Shown one piece after another: positions 1 through 9,295 of a stretch of 24,000 nt of DNA. Numbering within the stretch: the first letter of the stretch is position 1; the number at the start of each line of letters is the position of its first letter. A program made the position numbers and the translations under genes. The notes under the pieces are model-generated. The model was given only the letters and a program-made list of their open reading frames with translations, was not told where the DNA came from and made no database searches. This DNA comes from Methanoculleus sp. SDB. GTDB lineage: Archaea; Halobacteriota; Methanomicrobia; Methanomicrobiales; Methanomicrobiaceae. The DNA is taken from NCBI GenBank assembly GCA_001412355.1, contig LKUD01000033.1, positions 39,179 through 63,178 on the forward strand, written 5' to 3'.

Positions 1-1056
1 CGCAGTGTATGACGCATAATCATCGTCCCATGCGTCCTGCGTATCGTATGTCCCGTACTGCAGATCAGATTTCATATCTTCGATTTCCTGTTTCCACTCG
101 GCCATTGTGGCTTCCATGAAGACAAGCCTGTCCGCAATTTTTTGGTAGCTCTCCGTGATATGGCAGACGTAGTTCACCCGGGTAAAACGCTTCTCACCGT
201 TCCCGAGCGGGACAACAAAAGCCTCTGCATCCTCGTAATTCTCGGAATAAAGCCCGATATAAGTGGGGACGGTCGTTTCGATATAGAAATACTTCTCGTT
301 TTTTGAAGTCGTGAACGTCCGGAAAGGAGGATTTCCATTCGTGCTGATCCGAATGCCCGCCGTCGCATGATGCATCTCCGGAAAGAGCAGCAATGCCGCA
401 TCATAGCCCGCGCGGGACAACATTCCCAAAAGGAGAAGGCTCTTTTCATCGCAATCCCCTTTCCCGTCATAGATCACTTCGACCGGATACCGGGGGTAGA
501 CCGGGGCGCCGCTGTCATAGGGGATCTGCTGCACGAACGTAACCATCAGCTCAAGAAACTCCTCGTCATTGAGGTTGTCGCTTCGCCGGATCCGTTCCAG
601 GGGGCTGAGCACGTCGTCGAGAAATGTTACGATTGCGGGATCGCCGATAAATGAAGAGTAGTACCCGAGCATCCGATACTCGTCGTACCAGTACTCAGCG
701 GGGAGCGCCTTATCCACCGTCCGGGCGCCCTCGTATACGGACCTGTTAACGTCAATATCGATTTCATACTCCCGGGTCTCGAATTTGACGGGAAACATCC
801 GCGGTTCGGTAGCGGCAGCCCCGTCCATGACGGGTTGGATGCGCTGAAGGGCGAACCCGGTGCCGGATTCATCCTCACCGGTAAAGGCACTTTGTACGGG
901 AGTATTGAAAACTGCATCACCGGCTTCGCCGCCGGGTATGTCGGAGGACCATTGTTCCACGCCCTGTCCGCCATAATCCGTACAGCCGCACACGAACGGC
1001 AGGGAGACGGCCAGAAGAAGAAGGAATATCGTAGTACGGGGAGAACGGGAAGCCAT
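1..1056 (-). CDS. Secreted/lipoprotein with transglutaminase-like cysteine-peptidase core (C-terminus outside window)
   Basis: Not in the supplied track because it runs off the window edge. My reverse-strand translation from ATG (1054-1056) to base 1 gives 352 sense codons with no stop. It starts MASRSPRTTIFLLLLAVSLPFVCGCTDYGGQG, a signal peptide with a lipobox-like Cys. Later, ...VIYDGKGDCDEKSLLLLGMLSRAGYDAALLLFPEMHHATAGIRI resembles the Cys...His core of transglutaminase-like folds. Confidence 0.8.
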   Translation of the reverse strand, partial: MASRSPRTTIFLLLLAVSLPFVCGCTDYGGQGVEQWSSDIPGGEAGDAVFNTPVQSAFTGEDESGTGFALQRIQPVMDGAAATEPRMFPVKFETREYEIDIDVNRSVYEGARTVDKALPAEYWYDEYRMLGYYSSFIGDPAIVTFLDDVLSPLERIRRSDNLNDEEFLELMVTFVQQIPYDSGAPVYPRYPVEVIYDGKGDCDEKSLLLLGMLSRAGYDAALLLFPEMHHATAGIRISTNGNPPFRTFTTSKNEKYFYIETTVPTYIGLYSENYEDAEAFVVPLGNGEKRFTRVNYVCHITESYQKIADRLVFMEATMAEWKQEIEDMKSDLQYGTYDTQDAWDDDYASYTA

Positions 1057-1108
1057 TATGCACCTTTCAAGCAAGAACCGTCGTATCGGGGGGTGATTTT
1101 CGGACCGG

Positions 1109-1131
1109 AAAAAACAGGGATGCCTGCCCTG
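1109..1131 (-). terminator. Hairpin plus T6 downstream of the ABC operon (minus strand)
   Basis: The minus strand reads CAGGG-caggcat-CCCTG followed by TTTTTT (plus-strand A6 at 1109-1114). Two further hairpins lie upstream: CTGAACCG...CGGTTCAG near 1184-1212 and GTGCGG...CCGCAC near 1228-1257. Oligo-T is the usual archaeal termination signal. It sits only ~50 nt from the next ATG, so its role is uncertain. Confidence 0.3.
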
Positions 1132-1285
1132 AGGATCTTCCCTGTACCTGTACTGTATCTGTGACTTGCGGAAGAAAGCAGTTTCTGAACCGGCATGCCG
1201 GATATCGGTTCAGGTTCCCTGATAGTGCGGAAACGGGAGGAAATGCCACCGCACTCCCCCGTAACGACAGGAGCCGGAACCCGTG

Positions 1286-1954
1286 TCAGCGGCCGGTGGT
1301 GCCCGGCACGGCCACCTTCTTTTCGATCATGTCTGCGGCGATCGTGGTGATTGTCACCAGCACGAGGTAGATCGCACCGACCATCATAAACGTCTCGTTG
1401 TACGTGAAATATTTCGTTGCCACGATCTTTCCGGCGCCCGAGAGTTCGATAACCGTCAGCATGTAGGCAAGCGAGGAGTACTTGATGAGATAGATGAATT
1501 CGTTTGTGATGCCGGGGATTGCCCGCCTGAGCGCCTGAGGCAGCACGATAAGCCATATACCCTGCAGGCGCGTCATCCCGAGCGCCTGTGCGGCAATCAT
1601 CTGTCCTTCTTTGACGGAGAGGAGGGCGCCGCGAATATACTCGGAGTTATAGGCGGCATTGCAGGAGATGAATCCGATTACCGCGGCGACGACGGGAGAA
1701 AACGAGATGCCTGCAGACGGCAGCCCGAAGTACAGGATGAAGAGCAGCAGAAGCAGCGGGCATCCCTTGACAAACGCGACGAATGCCCGACAGAGATACG
1801 ACGTCAGGCGGCCGCCGTAGGTCCTTCCGACTGCGAGCGCAATGCCAAAGACAAAGCCGAACGGGGCCGCTGCAACGATCAGTTCAAGGGTGATGACCAG
1901 CCCCTGAAGCAGTGCCGGAATAAGCACGTCCGTCATGAATAGCATTGTGTCCAT
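1286..1954 (-). CDS. Polar amino-acid ABC transporter permease (HisM/GlnP-like)
   Basis: Track ORF of 222 aa. It is multi-TM and carries the conserved cytoplasmic loop AAQALGMTRLQGIWLIVLPQALRRAIPGITNEFIYLIKYSSLA typical of His/Glu/Gln/Arg permeases. It is adjacent to the ATPase, a second permease and the binding protein. Confidence 0.93.
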   Translation of the reverse strand: MDTMLFMTDVLIPALLQGLVITLELIVAAAPFGFVFGIALAVGRTYGGRLTSYLCRAFVAFVKGCPLLLLLFILYFGLPSAGISFSPVVAAVIGFISCNAAYNSEYIRGALLSVKEGQMIAAQALGMTRLQGIWLIVLPQALRRAIPGITNEFIYLIKYSSLAYMLTVIELSGAGKIVATKYFTYNETFMMVGAIYLVLVTITTIAADMIEKKVAVPGTTGR

Positions 1955-1966
1955 GAATACCTCCCG

Positions 1967-2725
1967 TCACTTTTCCCGGTCGAATTCCCGGAATTGTCCG
2001 ATGAAATTTTTCGTCCGGGAAAAACGCGGATCCGATAGGAGTTCCTGCGGCGATCCCTGTTCGGCAATCCGTCCCTTATCCATGAACAGGATCTCGTTCG
2101 CGACCGATGTCGCAAATCCCATCTCGTGCGTCACCACGAGCATCGTGGTTCCGTCACGGGCAAGATTCTTGATCACTTCGAGCACTTCACGGGTAAGTTC
2201 GGGATCCAGCGCCGACGTCGGTTCGTCAAAGAGCATGACATCGGGATCCATCGCGAGCGCCCGGGCGATTGATACACGCTGGGCCTGTCCTCCGGAGAGT
2301 TCGGCGGGATAGTGATCCGCCCAGTCTTCCATTCCCACCTGCCTGAGTTCCAGGAGCGCCTTTTTCCGCGCTTCCTTCGCCGGCATCCCCTTCACCTTGA
2401 TCAGGGCGATTTCCACGTTCCTGACAGCGGTCAGGTGATCGAAGAGGTAAAAGTTCTGGAAGACCATCCCCATTTTCTGGCGGAAGTAGTTGATGCGTGA
2501 ACCCGAATGTGTCACCTCTTCCCCGTTCAGCCAGACATGCCCGCTGTCGGGCACCGTCAGCTGGTTGATGCACCTGAGCAGCGTGCTTTTTCCTGTTCCC
2601 GACGGCCCGATGAACACCTTGGTGTCTCCTTTTCTGACGTTAAAGGAGACCGAGTCGAGCACGACCGTCTGACCGTACGACTTGCGGATGTTCTCGACCT
2701 TCAGGATATACTCGTCATCGTGCAT
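1967..2725 (-). CDS. Polar amino-acid ABC transporter ATP-binding protein (GlnQ/HisP-like)
   Basis: Track ORF is 1967..2776. I trimmed the start to ATG 2723-2725 ([15 protein letters not shown]) because the upstream codons are Arg-rich and overlap the permease. Motifs present: Walker [13 protein letters not shown] signature LSGGQAQRV, Walker [12 protein letters not shown] and H-loop VVTHEM. Confidence 0.95.
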   Translation of the reverse strand: MHDDEYILKVENIRKSYGQTVVLDSVSFNVRKGDTKVFIGPSGTGKSTLLRCINQLTVPDSGHVWLNGEEVTHSGSRINYFRQKMGMVFQNFYLFDHLTAVRNVEIALIKVKGMPAKEARKKALLELRQVGMEDWADHYPAELSGGQAQRVSIARALAMDPDVMLFDEPTSALDPELTREVLEVIKNLARDGTTMLVVTHEMGFATSVANEILFMDKGRIAEQGSPQELLSDPRFSRTKNFIGQFREFDREK

Positions 2726-3404
2726 GTGATTCCTCACTCTGATGCCCGAAACCCGGGATCTTAATCTTGTTCTCAACTACCTGCAGGCACTTCATCCCCG
2801 AATAGTTCAGGAGAATATAGATGCCGGCTGCGGCGAGGTAGATCGGCATCGTCACATACGTCTGCGAGACGATCTGCGACGTTCGTGTCAGGAGCTCCAT
2901 TACCCCGATCGCATAGCAGACAGCCGTATCCGTCAGAACGTTCGGGTATTCGTTCGACCATCCGGGAAGCGCAATGCGCATCGCCTGCGGAAGGATAATC
3001 GATCGTATCGACTGAAACCTGCTCATGCCGAGCGAACGGGCCGCGATCATCTGGCCTTCGCTGATCGACTGGATGGCGCCGCGAAAGATCTGGGACTGGT
3101 AGGCTGCCCCGCGCAGGCCGAGCACCACGATGGCGACGACGAACGCCGGCAGATCGAGGTGCAGGCTCGGAAATATCCCGTAATAGAAGAGAAACAGCAG
3201 CACCAGCACCGGCAGTCCCCTGAAAAACCAGACGAAGATCCCGACGCAGGCCCTGACGAAACGTGTCCCGTACACCTGTCCGAGGGCCATCGGGAGGCCG
3301 AACAGCACTCCGAGCCCGAGCGATGCGAGCACGAGGCCGAGTGTGAATACCACCCCGCTTAGCAGATACGGGAACCATTCAATAAGGATCGATACGGCAT
3401 CCAT
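2715..3404 (-). CDS. Polar amino-acid ABC transporter permease (second subunit)
   Basis: Track ORF of 229 aa and a paralogue of 1286..1954. It carries the loop [42 protein letters not shown]. Its stop overlaps the ATPase start by 11 nt. Confidence 0.93.
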   Translation of the reverse strand: MDAVSILIEWFPYLLSGVVFTLGLVLASLGLGVLFGLPMALGQVYGTRFVRACVGIFVWFFRGLPVLVLLFLFYYGIFPSLHLDLPAFVVAIVVLGLRGAAYQSQIFRGAIQSISEGQMIAARSLGMSRFQSIRSIILPQAMRIALPGWSNEYPNVLTDTAVCYAIGVMELLTRTSQIVSQTYVTMPIYLAAAGIYILLNYSGMKCLQVVENKIKIPGFGHQSEESHAR

Positions 3405-3551
3405 GGGTAAATTCTCTGAGAGCGGATTGCAGTCTTCCGGACGTCCGCAGTACTTTCATACAATCATGCGATAACCATCACGCCCGTTCGGGAGCGGGGA
3501 ATGCGGATACCCCCCACACCGGAAACAGGCTTTTTTCATGAAAGAAAATCA

Positions 3552-4349
3552 CTACATCTCGTATTTTACGAGCAGTTCATCCCAGTAGGGATCGTTCATG
3601 AGGAGGGTAAGCCCATCGTTCATGGTTGCGAGGAGTTCGGTATCCTCCTTCCTGATGGCAACACCGTAATCCTCTCCGGTGTAGATCTCCCCGATGATGT
3701 GCAGGGGCTTCTCCGCAATCGCATTCACGTGCGGGGGTTTGTCGTAGATCGATGCATCAATCCGCTTGTTCTGGAGATCGGTAACGACAAGGGGGAAGTT
3801 GTCATAGAGTTTGAGGTTCTCCTCGGGCATGAGACCGGTCTCAATCAGGTTTTCATCCACCCAGAAAGCACCGGTCGTGCCCCTCTGGGCACCGATAATC
3901 GCGTTTCCTGCCAGAATGTCGTCCAGAGTCACTGCCGAATCGTCGTGAACGGCGAACGTCTGGTTGATCGTCTGGTACGGGATGGAGAAACTGACCATCT
4001 CCTTCCTCTCTTCGGTGATCGTCATGCCCGAATAGACCATGTCGATCTTCCCGGCATTCAGCGCGGGAATGATTCCGTCCCATGCCATTGCCTTGATTTC
4101 CACATTAAATCCCATTTTGTCGGCGATCCACCGGACCGATTCGACATCCAGTCCCAGGTAATTTCCATCCTTGTCAAGATAGGAATACGGGGGATATTCA
4201 CCGTCCACACCGACAATGTACATCGGTTTTTCCTCAACCGCCGATCCAGACTCTGCGGGAGACTGTTCCGTGCTGCCCGTACAGCCGGCGATACCGGCCG
4301 AAACGACAACTGCGATGACCAACAACACACCAAGAAATTTTATGTTCAT
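3552..4349 (-). CDS. Amino-acid ABC transporter substrate-binding lipoprotein (family 3 SBP)
   Basis: Track ORF of 265 aa. It has a signal peptide ending AGIAGCTGS (lipobox-like Cys). Family-3 SBP features include GVDGEYPPYSY and GKIDMVYSGMTITEERK. It is the first gene of the minus-strand operon. Confidence 0.93.
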   Translation of the reverse strand: MNIKFLGVLLVIAVVVSAGIAGCTGSTEQSPAESGSAVEEKPMYIVGVDGEYPPYSYLDKDGNYLGLDVESVRWIADKMGFNVEIKAMAWDGIIPALNAGKIDMVYSGMTITEERKEMVSFSIPYQTINQTFAVHDDSAVTLDDILAGNAIIGAQRGTTGAFWVDENLIETGLMPEENLKLYDNFPLVVTDLQNKRIDASIYDKPPHVNAIAEKPLHIIGEIYTGEDYGVAIRKEDTELLATMNDGLTLLMNDPYWDELLVKYEM

Positions 4350-4383
4350 TGAACCATGTGTTTGCAGGAAGGGAACTTATCTT

Positions 4384-4695
4384 TTATGAATTGTTGCGCA
4401 GGGAAAATTTCACCTCATCTCCTCTCCCGGACCTGCGCCGAAACGCGAGCGGAGCACCCGCACGCGCCCGATAACCCCACACCCGTTTCGATAATCGGGA
4501 GGGGGATGCGGCTGACAGGAGGGCGATCCGATACGGAATGAGAGATGCACCACCGCCGTTTTCGCAGTCCATGCAGGGAAAACGCCAGAGATTCCCGGGA
4601 CCGACGGCAGAGCCGATAACAGCGGGAATGCCCTGCTCGAACTCGGTACCGAATTTTCCCCATCTCTCCACCGGAGGGAGGGGGACGATCATCAC
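4384..4695 (-). pseudogene. 5' remnant of a sodium-dependent NSS/SNF-family (LeuT-like) transporter gene
   Basis: In the track ORF, the first ~65 codons read ..VERWGKFG..IGSAVGPGNLWRFPCMDCENGGGASLIPYRIALL. This matches the hallmark NSS N-terminus (R-x-W...G-x-AVGLGN-x-WRFP...ENGGGAFLIPY). Similarity then stops and the tail is Arg/Ser-rich. The ORF is 103 codons, whereas NSS proteins are several hundred residues. Confidence 0.55.
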
Positions 4696-4791
4696 TCTAT
4701 TCCTCCGTAATCCAAAGATTCGTCACGAAAGAACATGCATGCCGGGAAAGAGGGATATTTTACGGAACAGAACATATGCGTATCTGCTCGC

Positions 4792-5358
4792 ATGAACCTG
4801 CCGACACTCGTTACCATCGCCGTGAGCCTTGCCATGGATGCATTTGCCGTATCCATCTCCGGAGGCATTACCATGCGGGGTTCACGATGGAAAAACGCCC
4901 TGACTCTTGCACTCTTCTTCGGAGCTTTTCAGGCAATCATGCCCGTAATCGGCTGGGCTTTCGGGGAGGCTGTCAGCTCATACATGGAGGGCATCGACCA
5001 CTGGATCGCCTTCCTGCTCCTTGCGCTCATCGGCGTTCATATGATACGGGAAGGCAGGAAAGACGAAGAGCAAAAGAACCTGAATAGTGCAACGCTTTGG
5101 ATGATCCTTCTCCTGTCGGTTGCCACAAGCATCGATGCGCTTGCCGTGGGACTCACTTTTGCTTTCCTCAATGTCCCGATCCTTACCGCAGCACTCCTTA
5201 TCGGCGTGATAACCGCCCTGATATCATACGGCGGATTTTTCATCGGAGACAGGTGGGGCCACCATGTCGGAGAATACGCGGAGACCGGTGGAGGCCTCAT
5301 CCTCATAGGAATCGGCCTGAAAATCCTCTTCGATCACCTTGGAATACTCCCGTTCTGA
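4792..5358 (+). CDS. mntP: Manganese efflux pump MntP (DUF204 family)
   Basis: Track ORF is 4735..5358. The start was moved to ATG 4792 (MNLPTLVTIAVSLAMDAFAVSISGG). It shows the duplicated DUF204 signature (SLAMDAFAVS and TSIDALAVGLTF) and about 6 TM segments. Confidence 0.9.
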   Translation: MNLPTLVTIAVSLAMDAFAVSISGGITMRGSRWKNALTLALFFGAFQAIMPVIGWAFGEAVSSYMEGIDHWIAFLLLALIGVHMIREGRKDEEQKNLNSATLWMILLLSVATSIDALAVGLTFAFLNVPILTAALLIGVITALISYGGFFIGDRWGHHVGEYAETGGGLILIGIGLKILFDHLGILPF

Positions 5359-5366
5359 AAATTCAC

Positions 5367-5585
5367 TTAATCCGTCCCGGTATACCCGAACGCATGTGCG
5401 AGCATGAGAAAATCGGAAAGCCGATCATCGGGTTTCTCCAGAAAAAGAGCCCAAAGCCTGCGATTCAGTGCCAGACTCCGTCCGCATGCGCGGCATGTAA
5501 GGAATACGCTGTTGATGTCATGGTGTACCACCGTGAGCATTCTTTCCTCACACGTCGGGCAGTAATAGCAATCCTCGTCCTCCAT
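5367..5585 (-). CDS. Small zinc-ribbon protein, hypothetical
   Basis: Track ORF of 72 aa: MEDEDCYYCPTCEERMLTVVHHDINSVFLTCRACG. The two CxxC pairs give a zinc-ribbon pattern. It starts 16 nt after the HEAT-repeat gene stop on the same strand, and codon usage looks coding. Confidence 0.5.
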   Translation of the reverse strand: MEDEDCYYCPTCEERMLTVVHHDINSVFLTCRACGRSLALNRRLWALFLEKPDDRLSDFLMLAHAFGYTGTD

Positions 5586-5601
5586 TCCGCATTCTCCCGC
5601 A

Positions 5602-8600
5602 TCAGGTTCCGTTTACCGGACTACTCCTTTTTTTCTCAATCGCCGTTACTATCCGGTCAATAACAGGCGCACGCTTCTCATCCATCGCCGCTGCGGCCCG
5701 GAGCATAGCCACCGCGGGCTCGCCAATCTCGATCAATACCCGCTCAGCACCCATTCGTACTGCGGGTGCGGAGTCACCCAGAGTCTCGATAAGCGGTGCG
5801 ACCACCTGTGCCCCGCCGATGCGGGACATCGTCTTCATAGCGATCAGACGGACATCAATCGATTCGTCCTGAAGTGCTTCGGTGACCGGCCCGATGGCCG
5901 CCGGTCCGAGCCGGTCGAGTTCGCCCCACCGATCCTTGCCTATCAGGTAATATGCGTACTCGGTATCGTTACCCGCCTCCCATCCAAGCTGATCGAGCGC
6001 CTCGGCGACACCCTGCTTAAACTCTTTCTCGCCGTATTTCAGCGCATTGACGAGATGGTCCTGCGGGATACCCGAGGGATCCCTGAGGGCTTCGAGTGCA
6101 ACGTGCCTGACCCGGTAGTCGACATCGTTGAGAGCCTGTATCAGCGGTTCGATTGCCCGCCGATCCCCGATATATCCTAGCGAGTGGGCAGCGGCCATCT
6201 GTACCTCCTCGTCACGGTCACGGAGGGCGACAATAAGCGGATCGATCGAGCTCCGGTTGCCCATATACCCGAGTGCCTCGGCAATGACCGCACGCACCCG
6301 GTAATTCCGTTCCGTATTCATCGCCTCGATCAGGGCGTCGATAGATCGCTCGTTCCCGATCTTGCCGAGATTGCGTGCCGCCACCGTCCTCACGAACGTA
6401 TTATCGTCCCGGAGTGCGTTCATGAGAGGATCGACGGCAACCTCCCGCATCTCTCCGAGCAGCTCCGCAGCCGCCTTTTTAATTTCACTATCCTCGTTTC
6501 TCAACGCACGGATGAGCCCTTCGACCGCCGGCCTGCCCATCATCATCAGCCGCATCGAGACAGCCACCTGGGAGGTTCCGTTGCGATCTTTCAGGGCGAT
6601 AATCAGGTTTTCAATCTCCTGAGCTCCGTCCTTGTCGAACTCTTTCGCGTCGTTCTCTTCCATCGCACCGATCAGCTGCGGCTGCTCTTCCTCGACCTCC
6701 ACCCGCTTCATCCACGCATCACGCCAGACGTTGAGGATTTCGCGCTTTTTCATGACGCGTGCCGCCTTATCGCGGACCTCCTCGTCGGGATCCTGCATAG
6801 CGATCAGGATGGCCTCCTCGGCCCGGTGATCGTAAATCGTCCCGAGGGCATCGAGCGCGGCAAGGCGCTCCTTTAAAAGGCCTTTTTTCAGCACCCATGT
6901 CAGCGGCATGATGGCAGGGACTCCAATCTCGGACAGTGCCTGCGAAACCCCCCAGCGCACCTCCGCCACGTCGTCCCCGAGGTGTTCGATCAGGGCGGGG
7001 ATGGATTTGATATCGGCGAGCTTTGCAAGCGCACGGGCGGCACTGATTCGTACCAGGGCATTTGAGTTCTCCAGCGCTTTTAAGAGGGGAGTGAGTGCCG
7101 CAGTGCCGAATTCCACCAGCGCATCCGCGGCCGCGAAACGTACGCCGTTGTACTCGTCACTGAAGAGCTCCACGAGAAACGGTATTGAAAGCGGATTTTT
7201 CAGGCTCCCGAGGGAGAGAGAGGCGGAGATGCGTACATCCTCATAGGGATCGCGGAGCACCTGAATGAGAGGACCCACGCCCTTCTGGCTTCCCATCTCC
7301 CCGAGCGCATCGGAAGCCGCAAGCCGCACGGTGTACGTCTCGTCCTGCAACGCTTTGATCAGGTATTCAATCGCCGGATCACCCATTTCACGAAGCGATT
7401 CGATTGCGGTGGCACGTATCGACTCATCCCGCGATTTTAAGGCGCGGAGCAGCACTTCAACGGGGTCCTCCTTCACTGCGGGATCCTCGCCGGTGAAGGT
7501 TATCGATGTGTGCGAGTCGTAATCGATGAGATCGGCCGGCCCTTCCGCACGAGCGGCGGCTGGCGTGGCCCATACATCGTCGGCGTCTTCCGCCTCCGCA
7601 CGGGCCCGTTCCTGCGCGGCAGCCATCTCCTCCCTCTCAATCGCGGAAAAACGTTCCTTCAGGAATGTTTCCATCCCGCGAATGTCTTCAGGCGTCGGTT
7701 CGGCACCCTCCGCCGGCTTCACCGAAGGCTCCGGCTTTTCCGCACGCTGCCGTTTCCGCTCGGCTGCTGCAAGCCCTTCGTTCACTTTTCGTTCGCTCTC
7801 GGCAATCATCTGCCGGAGCTCTTTCTGCTCTGCCGGACTGGGAACCTGCTTCGGGAAGGGAGGCCGGGCATCCTCCGTTGCTTTGCCGGGACGAACCGGG
7901 AGTCTGCCCTCCAAAATCCGCTGCTCATCGAATTTTTTTCGGGCGCCCATTGAATCATCGTACTCGCGCCTGAACGTCTCCGAATCGGCGACACTCTTGC
8001 GTGCGAGGGTGGATTCCTCCTCGTTTTTCTTTTTTATCGAAGAAATCGCCCGGCGGGCCGACTCTTTCCGGACCGAATCCTGAACTGAGAGGGCGGCCAG
8101 CAGCGCTTCATGTGCGGGATTACCGATCTTCCGGAGTGCTTCCACGGCACCCAGCCGGACACCCGAATGGGCTTCCTGCAGTACCTCGATGAGCGGCTGA
8201 ATCGCGGGTTTGCCTAAGCTGGCAAGCTCGTTCCACTGCTCTTTGGCGATCAGGTACCGGATCTGCTGCCGGGCGTTCGCCGGCTTCCACCCGAGCCGGT
8301 CCAGTGCCCAGGCCGCCTCCATCCTCACCTGAGGATAGGAATCATCCAGCACCGCCATCAGATCGGGGAGTGCCCGGTTATCGCCCAGTTCCCCGTACGA
8401 CTCCGCCGATGCGGCGCGTACGTGGGCATCGTCATCAGAAAGCCCCTTCTGCAGAACCGGGATGGCGCGAAGATCATGAATCCTCCCGAGCGACCGGATG
8501 GCGAGTATCCTGACGCCGGGATCCGGATCGCCTGCCGCCTCAAGAAGAACGGGAACAGCTGCCTTTTTCAGCTTCACGCATTCTTTCCACTCCTCGCGGA

Positions 8601-9144
8601 TACAGAAGAGGTATGCCTTTTCGGTGTCGTCCTCCGGTTCCCATCCTGTCCGCGCCAGCGCATTGCCGGCTTCACGCCGGACGTCGCGGTTACTGTCGGA
8701 GCTGAGATGGCGAAGGGCGAGCAGTGCGTCCATATTTTTCTTTCCCAGGGACCCGAGCATGATCGCTGCCCCCTTCCTGACCGATGCAGATTCGTGCATA
8801 AGTGCCGGGGTGATCGCCTCAAATGCCGGCGTGCCGAGCCGTGCGACATCATCCGAAATATCTGCCGCAACCTCCCCGGGCACCTTCCCCACGAGATGCA
8901 GGAGAGCAGGAAGTGCCGGAAGGCCGGGTGACGAGAGTGCATGGGCGAGACCGGACGAACCGGAACCGCCGGAGAGGCGGGCTACGACGGCCCGGATCGC
9001 AGGCGCACCGAGAGAAAAGAGTGCGGTGGCAGCCCCGGGATGGTATTCGGTATCCGCTCCTGAAAGAATGTTCAGGAGACCGTCGATGTCCCCTGCATCC
9101 TTCAGTTTCCTGATATCCGGTGCAGATCTGCCAAAAAACGCCAT
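5602..9144 (-). CDS. Large HEAT-repeat (PBS-lyase HEAT-like) protein, ~1180 aa
   Basis: Track ORF is 5602..9516. I trimmed it to ATG 9142-9144 (MAFFGRSAPDIRKLKDAGDIDGLL) because the upstream 124 codons overlap the FTR gene and are Arg/Pro-rich. It contains dozens of ~31-aa repeats of the type D..VR..AA.ALG.iGd..Ai.pLi.aL.D. A charged low-complexity linker is encoded at about 7500-8035. Confidence 0.9.
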   Translation of the reverse strand: MAFFGRSAPDIRKLKDAGDIDGLLNILSGADTEYHPGAATALFSLGAPAIRAVVARLSGGSGSSGLAHALSSPGLPALPALLHLVGKVPGEVAADISDDVARLGTPAFEAITPALMHESASVRKGAAIMLGSLGKKNMDALLALRHLSSDSNRDVRREAGNALARTGWEPEDDTEKAYLFCIREEWKECVKLKKAAVPVLLEAAGDPDPGVRILAIRSLGRIHDLRAIPVLQKGLSDDDAHVRAASAESYGELGDNRALPDLMAVLDDSYPQVRMEAAWALDRLGWKPANARQQIRYLIAKEQWNELASLGKPAIQPLIEVLQEAHSGVRLGAVEALRKIGNPAHEALLAALSVQDSVRKESARRAISSIKKKNEEESTLARKSVADSETFRREYDDSMGARKKFDEQRILEGRLPVRPGKATEDARPPFPKQVPSPAEQKELRQMIAESERKVNEGLAAAERKRQRAEKPEPSVKPAEGAEPTPEDIRGMETFLKERFSAIEREEMAAAQERARAEAEDADDVWATPAAARAEGPADLIDYDSHTSITFTGEDPAVKEDPVEVLLRALKSRDESIRATAIESLREMGDPAIEYLIKALQDETYTVRLAASDALGEMGSQKGVGPLIQVLRDPYEDVRISASLSLGSLKNPLSIPFLVELFSDEYNGVRFAAADALVEFGTAALTPLLKALENSNALVRISAARALAKLADIKSIPALIEHLGDDVAEVRWGVSQALSEIGVPAIMPLTWVLKKGLLKERLAALDALGTIYDHRAEEAILIAMQDPDEEVRDKAARVMKKREILNVWRDAWMKRVEVEEEQPQLIGAMEENDAKEFDKDGAQEIENLIIALKDRNGTSQVAVSMRLMMMGRPAVEGLIRALRNEDSEIKKAAAELLGEMREVAVDPLMNALRDDNTFVRTVAARNLGKIGNERSIDALIEAMNTERNYRVRAVIAEALGYMGNRSSIDPLIVALRDRDEEVQMAAAHSLGYIGDRRAIEPLIQALNDVDYRVRHVALEALRDPSGIPQDHLVNALKYGEKEFKQGVAEALDQLGWEAGNDTEYAYYLIGKDRWGELDRLGPAAIGPVTEALQDESIDVRLIAMKTMSRIGGAQVVAPLIETLGDSAPAVRMGAERVLIEIGEPAVAMLRAAAAMDEKRAPVIDRIVTAIEKKRSSPVNGT

Positions 9145-9295
9145 TCCGCGACATCCTCCCGGCGCACACCGGCGGGTGTAAAAAAACAGACCGGGCTGTG
9201 CGGCGGATATGTAAATTACTGTTGTCGGGGGAGTATCTTGAATATTCTGTTCGGGGACTGTGGAGAACGGAGCGAGCCTACCCCGCACGCACGGC

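Noticed and set aside
1283-1942. Long ORFs antisense or out of frame to confident genes. Examples: 1283..1942 +, 2742..3362 +, 2773..3378 -, 3501..4352 +, 6184..6876 +, 7526..8083 +, 8498..9181 +, 10842..11630 +, 12386..13174 +, 14143..14640 -, 15750..16463 -, 18275..18961 -, 20271..20777 +, 20906..21793 -.
   Set aside because: These are typical shadow ORFs of high-G+C DNA. They are Arg/Pro/Gly/Ser-rich, carry no recognisable motifs, and each is fully covered by a gene with strong family signatures on the other strand or frame.
4350-4791. A possible Mn-responsive riboswitch (yybP-ykoY type) or SRP-RNA-like element upstream of mntP. A segment CCCGGGACCGACGGCAGAGCCGAUAAC superficially recalled SRP helix 8.
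   Set aside because: I could not build the conserved helices or a GNAR tetraloop by hand. The same bases translate on the minus strand into the unmistakable NSS transporter signature, which explains them better. A covariance-model scan (Rfam) would be the decisive test.
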